Source of the DNA: Pelagomonas calceolata
Taxonomy: Eukaryota
NCBI GenBank assembly: GCA_918797485.1
Contig: CAKKNE010000003.1
Span: 930,001-994,000 of the forward strand
Direction: 5' to 3'
Length of the DNA stretch: 64,000 nucleotides
This document shows, piece after piece, positions 22,553 through 33,338 of this stretch. The notes below the pieces were generated by a model. That model saw only the letters and a program-made list of their open reading frames with translations, did no database searches and was not told the DNA's origin. Positions within the stretch are counted from its first letter, which is position 1. Every line of letters begins with the position of its first letter. The translations under genes and the position numbers were made by a program.

Positions 22553-23691
22553 GGCTACTTTGTCTCACGCAACGCTTCTTTTATTCGCACGGTTTTTTGT
22601 GAGTATACGTTATATTTCTTCTGTTGTTTCTTTTGCGATTTTTTGCTATTCCTGTTAATGGTATCACCTTTCTTCGGCATCGTAGTGCCCGTTCACCGTC
22701 TTTTGGCTGGGAGGCAGCGAGCGCCGGAGCTTGGAAGCCGATTGCACGCCGCAGAAGAATTTTTGGCGCTTGGCGTGCGATTGTATGGCAGCCCCTCTCC
22801 CAGCAGCAGCTCGCAGGGATCATTTTGGCGTGCGGGGTTGGAGAATGTTCTGCGCATGTCGCCGACGCGCAGCCTTGAATATCCTAGGACGGGGTGCCGG
22901 AGCGGTGATCCGCCGTGTTTGGACCCCGACCTGCGATCGCGAGACGCGCCGGCCCCGGCCGCGCCGCGATGGCGCAAAACTCACTGGGGCCTGGTCTCCG
23001 CGCAATTAACGGTCCAGAGTTTGAGTCTCGCGCGGGAAAAGTGGCGGCGGCAGGCTCGATGTCCGTGCCCCAAAACAGGTTTCACAGGCAGAATTGAGTT
23101 GCGCCTGTGCTTATCTCAAATTCTGCACTTAACCTGCGTCTGAGAGTCTATCAAGAGATATAATGAGGCGAGCGCACAAGAGAATTGCACGCGAGCGGCC
23201 TAGACCTGAAAAACTTGAGTGCCTGGTACAGAATCGCGGATTTAATCGCGGATCCCGGGCCACGCGCGGCGGCGCCCTCACTCCTCGGGCGCCGCTTTCC
23301 ATCATAAATCGACGGGCACAACCTCGCGCAACGACGCGACGTACTCACGCCAGAGCCGCCTCGCAGGTCCGCCATGGGTTTGGGCTTTAACCTCGGCTGG
23401 GAACGCCAAAAGCTGCGCGACGACGCGAGGGCGGATGCGGAGATTGATGCCAAGCCCGTGCCGGCCTTCCGATCCCGCGCGCCGTCGTTCCGCCGCGAGG
23501 AGCTCCGGCGCGAGCGCGCGACCGAAGCGGAGCCCGCTCCCTTGCTGCTGGAACGCTTCTTCATGGTGACGCCGGTCGCGGCGGCCCCTAAGGAGTAGAC
23601 GCGGCCGCGGGACGATAACCTCCCGCCTCGCGCGGGAATCGCTCCACTCGGCCCGTGTGGCCTCGCAGTACACACGAGCTAGTAACACATC

Positions 23692-25718
23692 CTACGTTAG
23701 TTCCGTGATGGGCTGGTGCCGCTGGAGCGCGTCCTGCAGAAAGGAGAACAGCTCCGCGGACACCGACGTCTTGTACGGCGTCGGGTTCAGCGGCCGGAGC
23801 ACGTCCTCGCGGACCTCGCCGAGCTGGCGCTGGCAGTAGGCCCGCAGCTCCCGTAAATTTTCCGACGCGCCGACGCGGCGCCCGCCCTCGAAGACGGGCG
23901 CGTGGAGCTCGAGGACGCGGCTCGGCGTCACGTACGCGCGCTTCGACGAGTCGAAGGGGTGGCGGCAGAGCACGCGCTCGCCGACTTCCGGAGCTGCGTG
24001 GGCCGCCGGCACGAGCAAGTCGAGGAGCATCTGGCCCCGCGCGCCGACGAGGCGGTAGCAGGCCTTAGCGCCGGGGATCGTCGTCTTGCCGGGCTCCTGG
24101 CTGAGCTTGAGGCATGGCTCGCCCGAGATCTCCACGAGCTTGTAGACGCAGCCCAAGGCGGGCTGCGCCTGGCACGTCACGAGGTGGGTGCCGATGCCGT
24201 ACGCGTCGACCTTCGCGCCCTGGTCCCGCAACGATAACAAGACGCGTTCGTTGATGTCGTTCGACGCGACCACATAGCACTTCCGCAGGCTTTCGGCTAA
24301 TGAGCCGCGGCCGGCGCCGTACGTCCCCGCGTCGAGGTCGTCGGCGGTCCGGTCAAAAAGTTGTCGAGCCTCCTTCGAGAGGTAGGCGAGGTCGCCCGAG
24401 TCTATTCTGACACCCTTGGCCTCGAAGCCCGCCTCCTGTGTGTTTTTTTGTGAGTTTTGCATCCGTGCGTTTATCTCTCGGGTGCTCGCGTCGGTTCGAT
24501 GGCGTGTCCCCGAGGTTCGTCGCGCGCAATTTCACGCCGAGTCCGCACCGCCAGGGCCAGTGCCACGGTCACGAAGTTCCTGAGACCGGTATCGAGCACG
24601 CTATACGTATCGACCAACGCGACAAACGTTGTGGGGTTCGCGAGCGCGTAGGACACGAAGGCCGCGAACTCGCCCTCGTGCAGAGCCGCGCCCTCCTCGT
24701 AGCCGAGCTCGCCGCGCCACTGGAGCGCCGCTTCCGCGATGTCGACGCCATTTAAGATACAGTCGGCCTGTGTGGACATCAAATTTTACGACGCGTTCGT
24801 GCTGAATCGTCGCGTCGTCCTCCACGCCATCGACGCGACGCCTGCTCGATGACGTGGTGGTCCTCGTTCCTCACCGCTCGACGGAGCCAGCGCGGCCACG
24901 TCATCGCCGAGAAATGACTTAGTGAAGAATTGTCGGGTGCACCCGTCGCACTGGTTGATTTCCACACAGCAATTGCGGGGAGGTCCTCGCGCGATCGGTG
25001 CGCCTGGACGTAGCTGTGGCCGTGCGTGCCCGAGACCGGGAGATCCCTAAAAATCTTGCCCGCGAGGACGTTGGAGGTCCCGTCGAAGCCGCCCACAAAT
25101 GCATATCTCGAGGCCTGCGCGCGCGTCGCGTCATGACGCCATCGCCGCGATTCCACTATGACACGGAAGCCGCACGGACACGCCGCCGTCCGGCCCCTGG
25201 GCCCGTCGTAAACCGAACTCCAGCAGTCTGCAGTCGGGCCCCGCGGCCAATCTCATTCTAGCAGCGTTCGTCGTCACCAAGGAAGCGAAGTTCACGAGAT
25301 TTAGTAGGGAAGTCTCGAGCAGCTGCGCAAGACCAATAGGCCCGTGCACGCGCAGCAAGGGGCACTTCGGGAAGACGACGGTGCCCTCGCGGACCGCGTG
25401 CACGGTCACGTCCGACGCATCTAACGCGCGGAGCCAGTCGAAGAAGCCGGGCTCCGCTCTCGGTAATAGTGTTCGGAGGTACGCGATATCAGTGTCTGTT
25501 ACTCTGAACGACTCTAGATAACGAATGCACTCGTCGAGGCCAGCAAAAACCGTGAACTCGCCCCCAAACGGGTTCTGCCGGAAGTAGAGCTCGAAGACAC
25601 CTTCCACTTCATGTCTCTTATGCCGCCAGTACGAATAGGCCATACTGATCTGGTAAAAGTCCGTCAGGAGCGGGCCGACCAGAGGGTTGGTCGGCTGGCT
25701 CGTTGTCATGGCTGCCAT
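23692..25718 (-). CDS. NAPRT: Nicotinate phosphoribosyltransferase; introns 25115-25175, 24768-24976 (GC-AG), 24436-24548
   Basis: [84 protein letters not shown]. Confidence 0.95.
24768..24969. mobile_element. Introner family 1, longest (202-bp) copy
   Basis: TIR CTGTGTGGACATCAA / TTGATTTCCACACAG; internal sequence colinear with the 21119 copy plus ~52 extra bp; splicing gives REDLP|ADCIL. Confidence 0.92.
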
Positions 25719-25916
25719 ATTTGGTTTCTTTGGTCGCTGTGGCTTTGCGCCGCCTGTGGCTCTCCGGTGGCTACTGGTGCCAGACGCTGAGCTACTGGTG
25801 CAGACGGCTGCGCGCTGTCAACGAGCACACGGCTTCACGATCATACAGTTGCGCGAGGACCAGTGGTGTCGACGGGAGCGGGCTGCAGCCGAGCTTTTTG
25901 CGTCTATTATGCTGCG

Positions 25917-25938
25917 CTACCGTGGCGTAAGACACTAG
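25917..25938 (-). promoter_or_regulatory. CTAG-bounded motif, copy 7 (one arm degenerate)
   Basis: Reverse complement CTAGTGTCTTACGCCACGGTAG, 200 bp upstream of NAPRT. Confidence 0.5.
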
Positions 25939-26664
25939 CAATGCTTGAGTTCGGGGCTGAGAGCATTATTGTGCCTGTGCGCGCCGACGAAGAGAAGTTG
26001 TCGCCTGAGCCTTGGCGGCTGAGCTTCCTGTGCACCCTAGCGCCTGCAGCCGCGGATTTGGACAAATGTGATGCGGTGCAGCAGAGCGAGGTCTTGCGGA
26101 ACGACTGGCTGCCACGGTGGTCTTTGGCTGCGACCGACAAGGCGCGTTTCACGAATTTAGACGATCATCACAACGCTTGTCACGTACTGAAACCCTATTA
26201 ACTTGTCGCATCGGCGCCAATCCGGATCTCGCGGGCGACCGTCGACCGCTCTCGCGACGCCGGGCGGTCTACGTGTACTGATGAACTTGTACGAGGCACG
26301 AGGAAGGCTTGAGATATGCGAGAAACACGGTCCAACGATCACGACGTCGCCTCGGCCCGATCGGCGCGACCCGAGGTCCGCCGGTCGGCATCGGTGGGTG
26401 GTCCAAGTGTTCCGATAAACATGTTTGAGTAGTGCAGAAGGATCTAGGCATGCCGCACAACCTGTTGCGGGGTCGTAAGTCCCACCGCATCGTCACGTCA
26501 GCACCGTCGCGGCGGCGTTCGCCGGACGGCGCCCGCGCGCGATCGGAAGGCACCAATGAATCCGTTTGGCCGCCGACGAAGGATCAGGATATGCTGCACT
26601 ATTAGTAGCGGTGCTGTAGGTGACGAAACGATGTCACGTTGGCACTGTCGCAGCTGCGTTCGCC

Positions 26665-27482
26665 TTGGCCCCGTTCAGTGCGCGACGTCGAGACGACCCG
26701 CTGCGTCGTGATATAGTACGCGTTGGACTCGTGACCTCGCCTGAGGCGTCCTTCGGGCCTCCCTGGAAAGCGGAATAGAGCAGGGAACCGCGTCGATGCG
26801 AAACGGCCTTGACGTTGGCCCCGTTCAGTGCGCGACGTAGTGACGACCGCTTTGTTTCATGGAACAGTACTCGTTGGTGGCGTAACTTCGCCCTAGGCTG
26901 CTCCCGCATGCAGTGAGCAACTATAAGGAGCGGGAACGCGAAACGAAGTCAACGTGGCCTGTTATCGACGACGCCGTCGAGGCGAGCGCGCCGGCGGCGA
27001 TTATGGCGCCGTACGGCCAAACCGATCAGCGCCGAAGGGCAGGAGGGTCGCCCGCACTAGCGAGGCTCTGACGCACCGAGTGGCACACCTGGAAGGGTCT
27101 GTTTCCGCTCTCGAAGGCGCAGCGCGTGGCACCGAGCGCGCAGGCGGCGATTATGGCACGTAAGGTGCAGCTCGCGTACGTGCCGTCGTGCTCGCGAGCG
27201 CCTGGTTCTCGCTGCCATTGACGTGCAGCCGACAGCCGGTGCTGCTCCGTTTGCTCGACGGCACTTCAGTCGACGCTCCAGAGGCCGCGCTGCAGTCTCG
27301 ACGTCGCGTCGAGTACGGAACCACGGGCCAACGTCAAGGCAGTTTCGCCTCGACGCGGTGCGCCGCTTTACGCCGCTTTCCAGGGAGGCCCGAAGTACGC
27401 CTCTGGCGAGGTTACGCGGCCAACGCGTACTAGGTCGCGACGCCGCGGGGTCGTCTCGACGTCGCGTACGGAACCGGGCCAA
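26665..27482. repeat. Foldback inverted repeat (~180-bp arms) built from ~150-bp subrepeats
   Basis: 26665-26844 is the reverse complement of 27295-27482 (for example CCGCTTTCCAGGGAGGCCCGAAG); direct subrepeats at 26665/26815, ~26983/27133 and ~27438/27588. Confidence 0.8.
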
Positions 27483-28458
27483 CGTTGGAGGCGTTTCGAG
27501 TTCTCTCCTTATTCCGCTTTGAGGCACCTTTGATCGGGACCTGGACTACTACTAGGCAAGATGACGCTGCCAAGGCGTACCGTTTAACGACGCCGGGCGG
27601 TCGTCTCGACTGCGCCGGCGAATAGGGACGACGCTGGGCGGCGCCGCGTCGATGGTGCGCGGGGAGGGCCGCCGCTCATAGCCCGCACACCTCGGCAGCA
27701 TCGGCGCGCATCACGTGTCCGTACGGCGGACGACGTTGGAGTCGGCGGGCTCGGGTCGGCCGCTCGGCGGAATCGAAAGCAAAGCCAGGCTTCTCCGGGC
27801 GCTCGAAGCCAACAACCAAGCGCCACCTCTCCGCCTTGACCGTCCCCAGCCTCCCAGCACCTCGGCGTGGCCGCACAGGTACGATTCTGCCCGATTAAGA
27901 TCGAATTTTACTACTAATCTTACTTCTTTACATTATTTTTTGTAGGAAGCTGCGGCCGACTTTTTGTCCTGCCGAAAAAGCAACGTACCGCAGGCTACTC
28001 AAAGTGGCAGGCCCGTCGTGCTGCCCGAAAAGCAGCGTCAGGTGATCTGCCGTGTCTGGCTGCCCTGCTCTTTTGCTGCTCTGCTGCTGCTGAGCCTGGG
28101 CTGCAGGCTGCCCGTCGTCGTCGCGCGACGTTGCCTGCTCGATGGTGTGATGATGGAGCTGCACGGTGGCGTCGAAGACCGCAGCTGACTTTAGCGACGC
28201 GCAAGAGGCGACGTTGCGCGCGGGCCGTGTCTTGAGCGACGGCGCGAGAAGCGCAAGAGGGCGGACAAGGACGTGAGGCGCCTCGTGGCGTTGGATATCG
28301 ATGCTTGCCAGTTGGGTGCTCGTAGATAGCCGAGGCACGCTCGAACACTGTGCTCGTGCCGGTTTCGAGGCCACCGCGTACGCGACCCTGTCCCGTGCCC
28401 CCCAAAACCCCCTGTCGTTAGCAAATGGCGACGAGGCCCAAAAAAACAGCAAAAAAAA

Positions 28459-28612
28459 TTCCGAAGCGGGGACTCGAACCCCGGTCTAGTGCGTGAAGAG
28501 CCGAATTTTTTAAAATTCTGAGGCACCAATGCTAACAGCAGTAAAATCGGGTTTTCACGATTTTACACCTATTATGGACGGCAAGTAAGACTTTACCGTT
28601 CACCACATCGGA
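28459..28612 (-). tRNA. tRNA-Glu (probably CTC) with three non-canonical intervening hairpins
   Basis: Acceptor stem TCCGATG/CTTCGGA+A, T arm CGGGG-TTCGAGT-CCCCG, anticodon stem GGTGC/GCACT, D-arm halves GTG..TTAGCAT, and a T8 Pol III terminator immediately downstream. Confidence 0.85.
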
Positions 28613-28808
28613 ATTTTATCGATAGACATCGATGGGACGAGATCGGTGATTTGTTGCAGAAGTACACTCTAGAGGAAAAACCCGCTTTCGCGAATTGACC
28701 CAGCCGAAGTGACCCGCTGTCGGCCCATGACCTAACACCTCCACAAAAAAAGCGCAAAGCAGCATAATTTCAAAAACTAACCAGACCTGAACCCTCCACC
28801 GCATCCAA

Positions 28809-29453
28809 ATGGAGCCCTACTACCTCGACCGCCAGCCCATGCAAAGGCGCTCCCGCAGCCGCTCGCGCTCGCGCGAGCGCAGCGCGGCATCACCGCGCGG
28901 CGCCGCCCGCAGCCGCCACGAACAGCCGCCGCAGCCGCGCGGCCCGCGCATGCAGCACAATGAAAGAGAGACGGACCCGCGCCGCCTCTCCCAGCGGCGA
29001 AAAGAAATAGCCTACGGAAAAAACACGCTAGGCTACGAGCGCTACCTACGACTGGTGCCGAAAGAGAAGCGGCGCCACCCCCGCGACCACCCGCCGACGC
29101 CCGACCCGACGCGCAAGTACTCGAAGCGCCAATTTGACGGGATCGTCCGCGCGTGGCGCCGCAAGCTCCACGACTGGGACCCTCCGAAATCAGAGCAGGA
29201 CCTGGGCCCCGCCGTCGCGCCGATGATCCCCACGCTCGCCGCGACGCCCGCGCCGGCGCCGCCCGCCGCGCCCGCGCCCGCGCCCGCGCCGCCCAAACCC
29301 GTCGACGACGACTTCGGACCGGACGTGTTCGCCGTCGACGTCGCCGCGCCGTCGTCGGAACCGCCGGTCGCTGCGGCCGAGCCGGTGCCGGCGGCTGATA
29401 CAACGCGGACCGCGCCGGCCCACGACGACGTGTCCGACGACGACCTACTCTAG
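28809..29453 (+). CDS. SLBP: Histone RNA stem-loop binding protein
   Basis: ETDPRRLSQRRKEIAYGKNTLGYERY...VPK...HPPTPDP...SKRQFDGIVRAWRRKLHDWD. Confidence 0.93.
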   Translation: MEPYYLDRQPMQRRSRSRSRSRERSAASPRGAARSRHEQPPQPRGPRMQHNERETDPRRLSQRRKEIAYGKNTLGYERYLRLVPKEKRRHPRDHPPTPDPTRKYSKRQFDGIVRAWRRKLHDWDPPKSEQDLGPAVAPMIPTLAATPAPAPPAAPAPAPAPPKPVDDDFGPDVFAVDVAAPSSEPPVAAAEPVPAADTTRTAPAHDDVSDDDLL

Positions 29454-29728
29454 CTTGTGTTGTTAAGTGAGCCGAAATAGGACGCGTCCACAGGTCCCAC
29501 GGCATTCCGCATTTCCTGGCTGAGCGAAGCCCGGCGAGAGGCTCTCTGCCAGGGCTGGGCTGGGGCTGGCAGGCAGGCATCCAGGCTGGGGAGCGGTGAG
29601 CGGAGCCTGTAACAATCTCTGCGGCATTTCTGGACGTCGCAGCAGTCGTCACGACGACACGTCACAGCGCCGTGAGCAGACTGCTGCGTCGCGGGCTTTG
29701 GACAAGGTCATTTGAGCCCAATCCACTC

Positions 29729-30667
29729 ATGAAGCACACAACCCTAGCAAGCACCCACCACGCGCTCGAACACGCCGGCGCTTTTTTGACGCCCGGGGAC
29801 TACCCTTCACTGAAGGCGGTCGGTCGAACCTTCGTGCAGAAGGCGGGCGTGACGGTCGGCTTGCTGCGGAGCATCCCGAAATATAACAAGAAGGGCAAGC
29901 GACGACTCGCGGCGTTGGAGCTGCAGGCGCGATTGCTCGGCAGCGCCGCGGAGCCCTACCTGTTGCTCGCTCTACGCGAGGACTCGTCGCAAGGCGTCCG
30001 AGGAACGGCGGCGCGGTGGCTCGCTCGCATCGCGCTGCACAGCGAAGAAGACGTGCGGACGCGGCTCTACGGCGTCCTCGTGGAGCGCTACGACGCCGAG
30101 GCACGTATGATGGACGTGCGCGCGGCCCTGACGGAAAGCTTATCTCACGACGCGCTCGAGCTCCAACGGCTATTCCCGGGTCGCGCCCTCACAACCGCAG
30201 CACTGGAGTCATCTGCCAAGCGTGCCCGCGATGCCCAGCTTGCGCCAGCGCGCCGCGCGCGGAGCGAGGCGGCGCGCGCTGCGGCTGATGCCCGGAGCGA
30301 GGCGGCGCGCGCTGCGGCTGATGCCGAACTGCAGGAGAAACAGGCGCGAGACAAGCGGGGCCAATTATTAGACTTCCTCTATTGCTCGATGGAGCGACAT
30401 CGACAGCGGCGTCGGGACCCCGGCACCACGCTGGACGATCTCTACGAGGCTACCTTATGTATCGAGGGTTCGTTACTAGAGACACGGCGCGTTTTCGGTT
30501 GTTCGCACCGAATCACAATGAAGATTGAGGACGAATTGCGAGACGCGCGAGCGGCGTTCCGCGCCGGAGCGAGGCGGCGCGCGCTGCGGCTTATGCCGGC
30601 GCCGGCGGCTGATACAACGCGGACCGCGCCGGCCGACGACGACGTGTCCGACGACGACCTGCTCTAG
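29729..30667 (+). CDS. Chimeric hypothetical protein: TPR-like family tail plus a duplicated SLBP C-terminus
   Basis: RDPGTTLDDLYEA..LETRRVFGCSH..IEDELRDARAA resembles the 43260 ORF; the last ~23 codons copy the SLBP end. Confidence 0.55.
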   Translation: MKHTTLASTHHALEHAGAFLTPGDYPSLKAVGRTFVQKAGVTVGLLRSIPKYNKKGKRRLAALELQARLLGSAAEPYLLLALREDSSQGVRGTAARWLARIALHSEEDVRTRLYGVLVERYDAEARMMDVRAALTESLSHDALELQRLFPGRALTTAALESSAKRARDAQLAPARRARSEAARAAADARSEAARAAADAELQEKQARDKRGQLLDFLYCSMERHRQRRRDPGTTLDDLYEATLCIEGSLLETRRVFGCSHRITMKIEDELRDARAAFRAGARRRALRLMPAPAADTTRTAPADDDVSDDDLL

Positions 30668-30695
30668 CTTGTGTTAAGTGAACGTGAACAAAAAT

Positions 30696-31718
30696 TTACT
30701 CCTCGTCACTGGTGACGTCCATACCCAGCTCCACGCGCAGGGCTTTCGCCTGGGAAACGTAGCCCGAGTACCCCTCGCCAATTTTCTCCTCCATCTCCGC
30801 AAGGTCCGCCGCCAGCCTCTGCAAATCGCCCCAGCCCATTTCCCGCTCGGCCTCCACGAGCAAGCTCTCGATTCTCGCCAAGACAAATGCGCGCGCGGTG
30901 GGGTTGTGAATCCCGGCGAGATAGGTGAGCAAGTATTGAAATAGAGACTCATCGCAGGGGCCGATGTCGTCGGCCTCCATCGCTCCGTGCGTGTCAACAT
31001 GATGCTCTGGTCTGAGCTCGAGTCCATTCACATATCCGTCTTGTGTGACAGAGAGAAGCGCATCCAATTGCAAGTTAGACCGTGCGGATGCAGCCAACCC
31101 CCTTATTACACCGAAAACACTGAAACCGTATATTCTTTCTCGACCGTGGGCAGCATAGCATATGTTCAAGTGGCTGAGTGAGACCATCGCCTGGTCGTGG
31201 TCTCGAACCGCGACCAGGGCAATTTTGACATGCTCTTGCTGCAGCTCATCAGCCCTGCCCATCCATTTCAAGTTCGCGTGGCGCGGAGAAAGATGCAACA
31301 CTAGTCCCTCTTCATCAGATTGGTGGCTCACGTGGCTCACACCGAAGTCACCCTCGAAAATCAAACGCTCGCCGTCCGTGAAGCGCAGGAAGAACGTGAA
31401 ATCAGATAGTTCATTTGGAGTATACGCGACGGGCGCCGGCGCCGGCCGCGATAGAGCTTCCAGCAGCGTCACGCCCTCGAGGACGCGTCGCGTCGACGGC
31501 TCAGCCTTCGCGAGCAAGCGCCGGCGGGCGTGCGACCGGACGCGCGCGAGCGCGTCAGCCTCGTCGCGCGGTTTCGGCGGCTGCAGCTGTGCTCGCGCGA
31601 GCAGCCCCCACGGCTTGGCGTCCCGCACGTCGCTGCGCAGGGTCTTGCAGGTGCAGCTCAATCGGCACACCGATTGGGGCTCCGCAAACTCGAATAGCTC
31701 TGGGCGTAGCGGGATCAT
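30696..31718 (-). CDS. Hypothetical protein with an N-terminal F-box-like motif
   Basis: LRPELFEFAEPQSVCRLSCTCKTLR...W. Confidence 0.6.
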   Translation of the reverse strand: MIPLRPELFEFAEPQSVCRLSCTCKTLRSDVRDAKPWGLLARAQLQPPKPRDEADALARVRSHARRRLLAKAEPSTRRVLEGVTLLEALSRPAPAPVAYTPNELSDFTFFLRFTDGERLIFEGDFGVSHVSHQSDEEGLVLHLSPRHANLKWMGRADELQQEHVKIALVAVRDHDQAMVSLSHLNICYAAHGRERIYGFSVFGVIRGLAASARSNLQLDALLSVTQDGYVNGLELRPEHHVDTHGAMEADDIGPCDESLFQYLLTYLAGIHNPTARAFVLARIESLLVEAEREMGWGDLQRLAADLAEMEEKIGEGYSGYVSQAKALRVELGMDVTSDEE

Positions 31719-31986
31719 CGCGATACAAAATGACGCGGCCGCGGCACGCGTGTGGTCTTTACGGCTGTGCGCTCAGCTGCTTTAGCCTGAGCACTGTGAG
31801 TGCAGACACCCGACGGGTTCGCGCTATTAGAGTCCAGCGGGCCAAACCGATCATTTAACAACCGCAGCGCTCGATATAATCTCCAAACAGATCGCACGCA
31901 TCGAGCTACAGCAGCAGTTCGCCGCCAAAGCCCAGCCCACACAAAGGCACTGCCACACTGCCATCAAAGATCGCATTACGCCTGGA

Positions 31987-33040
31987 ATGATTCGCCACGT
32001 CTGCATCATCATCGCAGCAGTCTTGCAGCGCTGCGCCAGCCTCGCCCCAAAAACCGTCGAGCGGAGGAGCGCCCTCGCCGCGCTCGCGTCGCTCGCCGCG
32101 CCGGCCAATGCCAAGTCCTACCAGAGCGGTCTGGTCTTCGAGGGCGGCGCCGGCGGCCTTACGAAAACGAAGCCAAACACGGGCGTCAAAACCGCGGCCG
32201 GCGCCGTCGACGACGAGCGACCGAAGACGACGCCCGCGGGCCCCGTCGCGGCGCGCCTCGCGGGGCGCAAGGGCCTGCCCGTCGACGTGGCCTTCGACGC
32301 GCCCTTTCCCACGACGCCCGGTCTGGTGTCGCGCCGTGTCTGTCGCGGCGATGGCGTTCAGCTTGCGTGGCGGCGATGGCGTCCGCGGGGAGAGTTGGGA
32401 CAGCCCAGGCGGCGATGGCGTAGGGGGTTGGATCGTCTCGTCCGCACGCCGTCGACGCGGCGATGACGCAGGTCTCGCGCGACTACCAAACCGGCGACGG
32501 CGCCTACGTCCTCGTCGCTGCCGCGAAGGGTCCGCTCAAGAAGGTCGTCTCGGACAAAATCTTCGCCGCCGACGGCAAGTACGGCTCCTACGGGGCGCCG
32601 GCCGACGTGCGCCTCGCGAAGTCCGAAAACCGCGGCGACGGCGACGAGGTCTTCGAGTACACCTTCGTGGCGCTGACGCCGGCGCGGCGCGGCGTCCGCA
32701 CTTGAACGCGACGCGGCCGTCGCGTCGACGGCGTCGAGGCGGTGCCGCATCGCGTCGATGGCGTCGAGGCGGGGCCGCGTCGCGTCGACGGCGTCGAGAC
32801 GAGAAACGCGAGAAGACCGCGAATACGACGCAGGCGATGCGCGAGGTCGCACGACGGGTACGCGCGCGCGCGATCCAGGTCGGCGGCGACGACGTCTTCA
32901 TCTTGGTCGCCGGGAGCACGGCCGCGCGGTGGCGGGTGGCCGAGCCCGCTCTCTGCAAAGCCGTCGACTCGTTTTCGGCACGGCCGGCGCCGGAGTTCTC
33001 CGCGGAGATGGTTGCTTTTCGGAAAAAGGGGGGTAAGTAA
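31987..33040 (+). CDS. PsbP-domain-like thylakoid lumen protein; introns 32326-32471 and 32682-32833 (GC-AG)
   Basis: Signal peptide + RR + hydrophobic segment + ANA; spliced FEYTFVALTP|AMREVARR...FILVAGSTAARW...VDSF matches the PsbP C-terminal pattern. Confidence 0.7.
32334..32471. mobile_element. Putative introner family 2
   Basis: Flanking 8-mers GTGTCGCG / GTCTCGCG (7 of 8 identical); imperfect TIRs CCGTGTCTGTCGCGGCGATGGCGT / ACGCCGTCGACGCGGCGATGACGCAG. Confidence 0.55.
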
Positions 33041-33317
33041 TGTACGCGTACATAGAGCTAGCTTCGATACAACTACACAAACTAGGGATCGCGGTCCGTG
33101 CGCCAGAGCTCGAGGATCTTCCAGAACAGGACGTCCGGGAGGTTCGACCGCCAGGGTTCCAATCCTGGCCGGCGCGGACGTCCCGCGGCGCCTTGTCTTG
33201 TGAGCGTTTATAAATCTGTAGTAGTATGTCAATTCGGGGTTTCGGGCGGGAAACTAGAGAAGTTCAGAGGAACCATTACGAGACGAGCGCCGGAGGGTCA
33301 AGGGCGTATAGAGGTTG

Positions 33318-33338
33318 CTAGTGTCGTAAGGCCACTAG
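33318..33338 (+). promoter_or_regulatory. CTAG-bounded motif, copy 8
   Basis: CTAGTGTCGTAAGGCCACTAG. Confidence 0.5.

Noticed and set aside
21827..23143. 438-aa plus-strand ORF
   Set aside because: Low-complexity Arg/Ala/Pro translation overlapping the GRDP gene antisense; no motifs.
23374..23598. 74-aa ORF preceded by an acceptor-like CAG
   Set aside because: Could be a small gene, but there is no motif support.
25863..26418. Short ORFs upstream of NAPRT
   Set aside because: No recognisable homology or consistent gene structure.
26665..26838. 24-bp direct repeats as a CRISPR array
   Set aside because: Only two copies, similarity extends into the would-be spacer, eukaryotic context and no cas genes.
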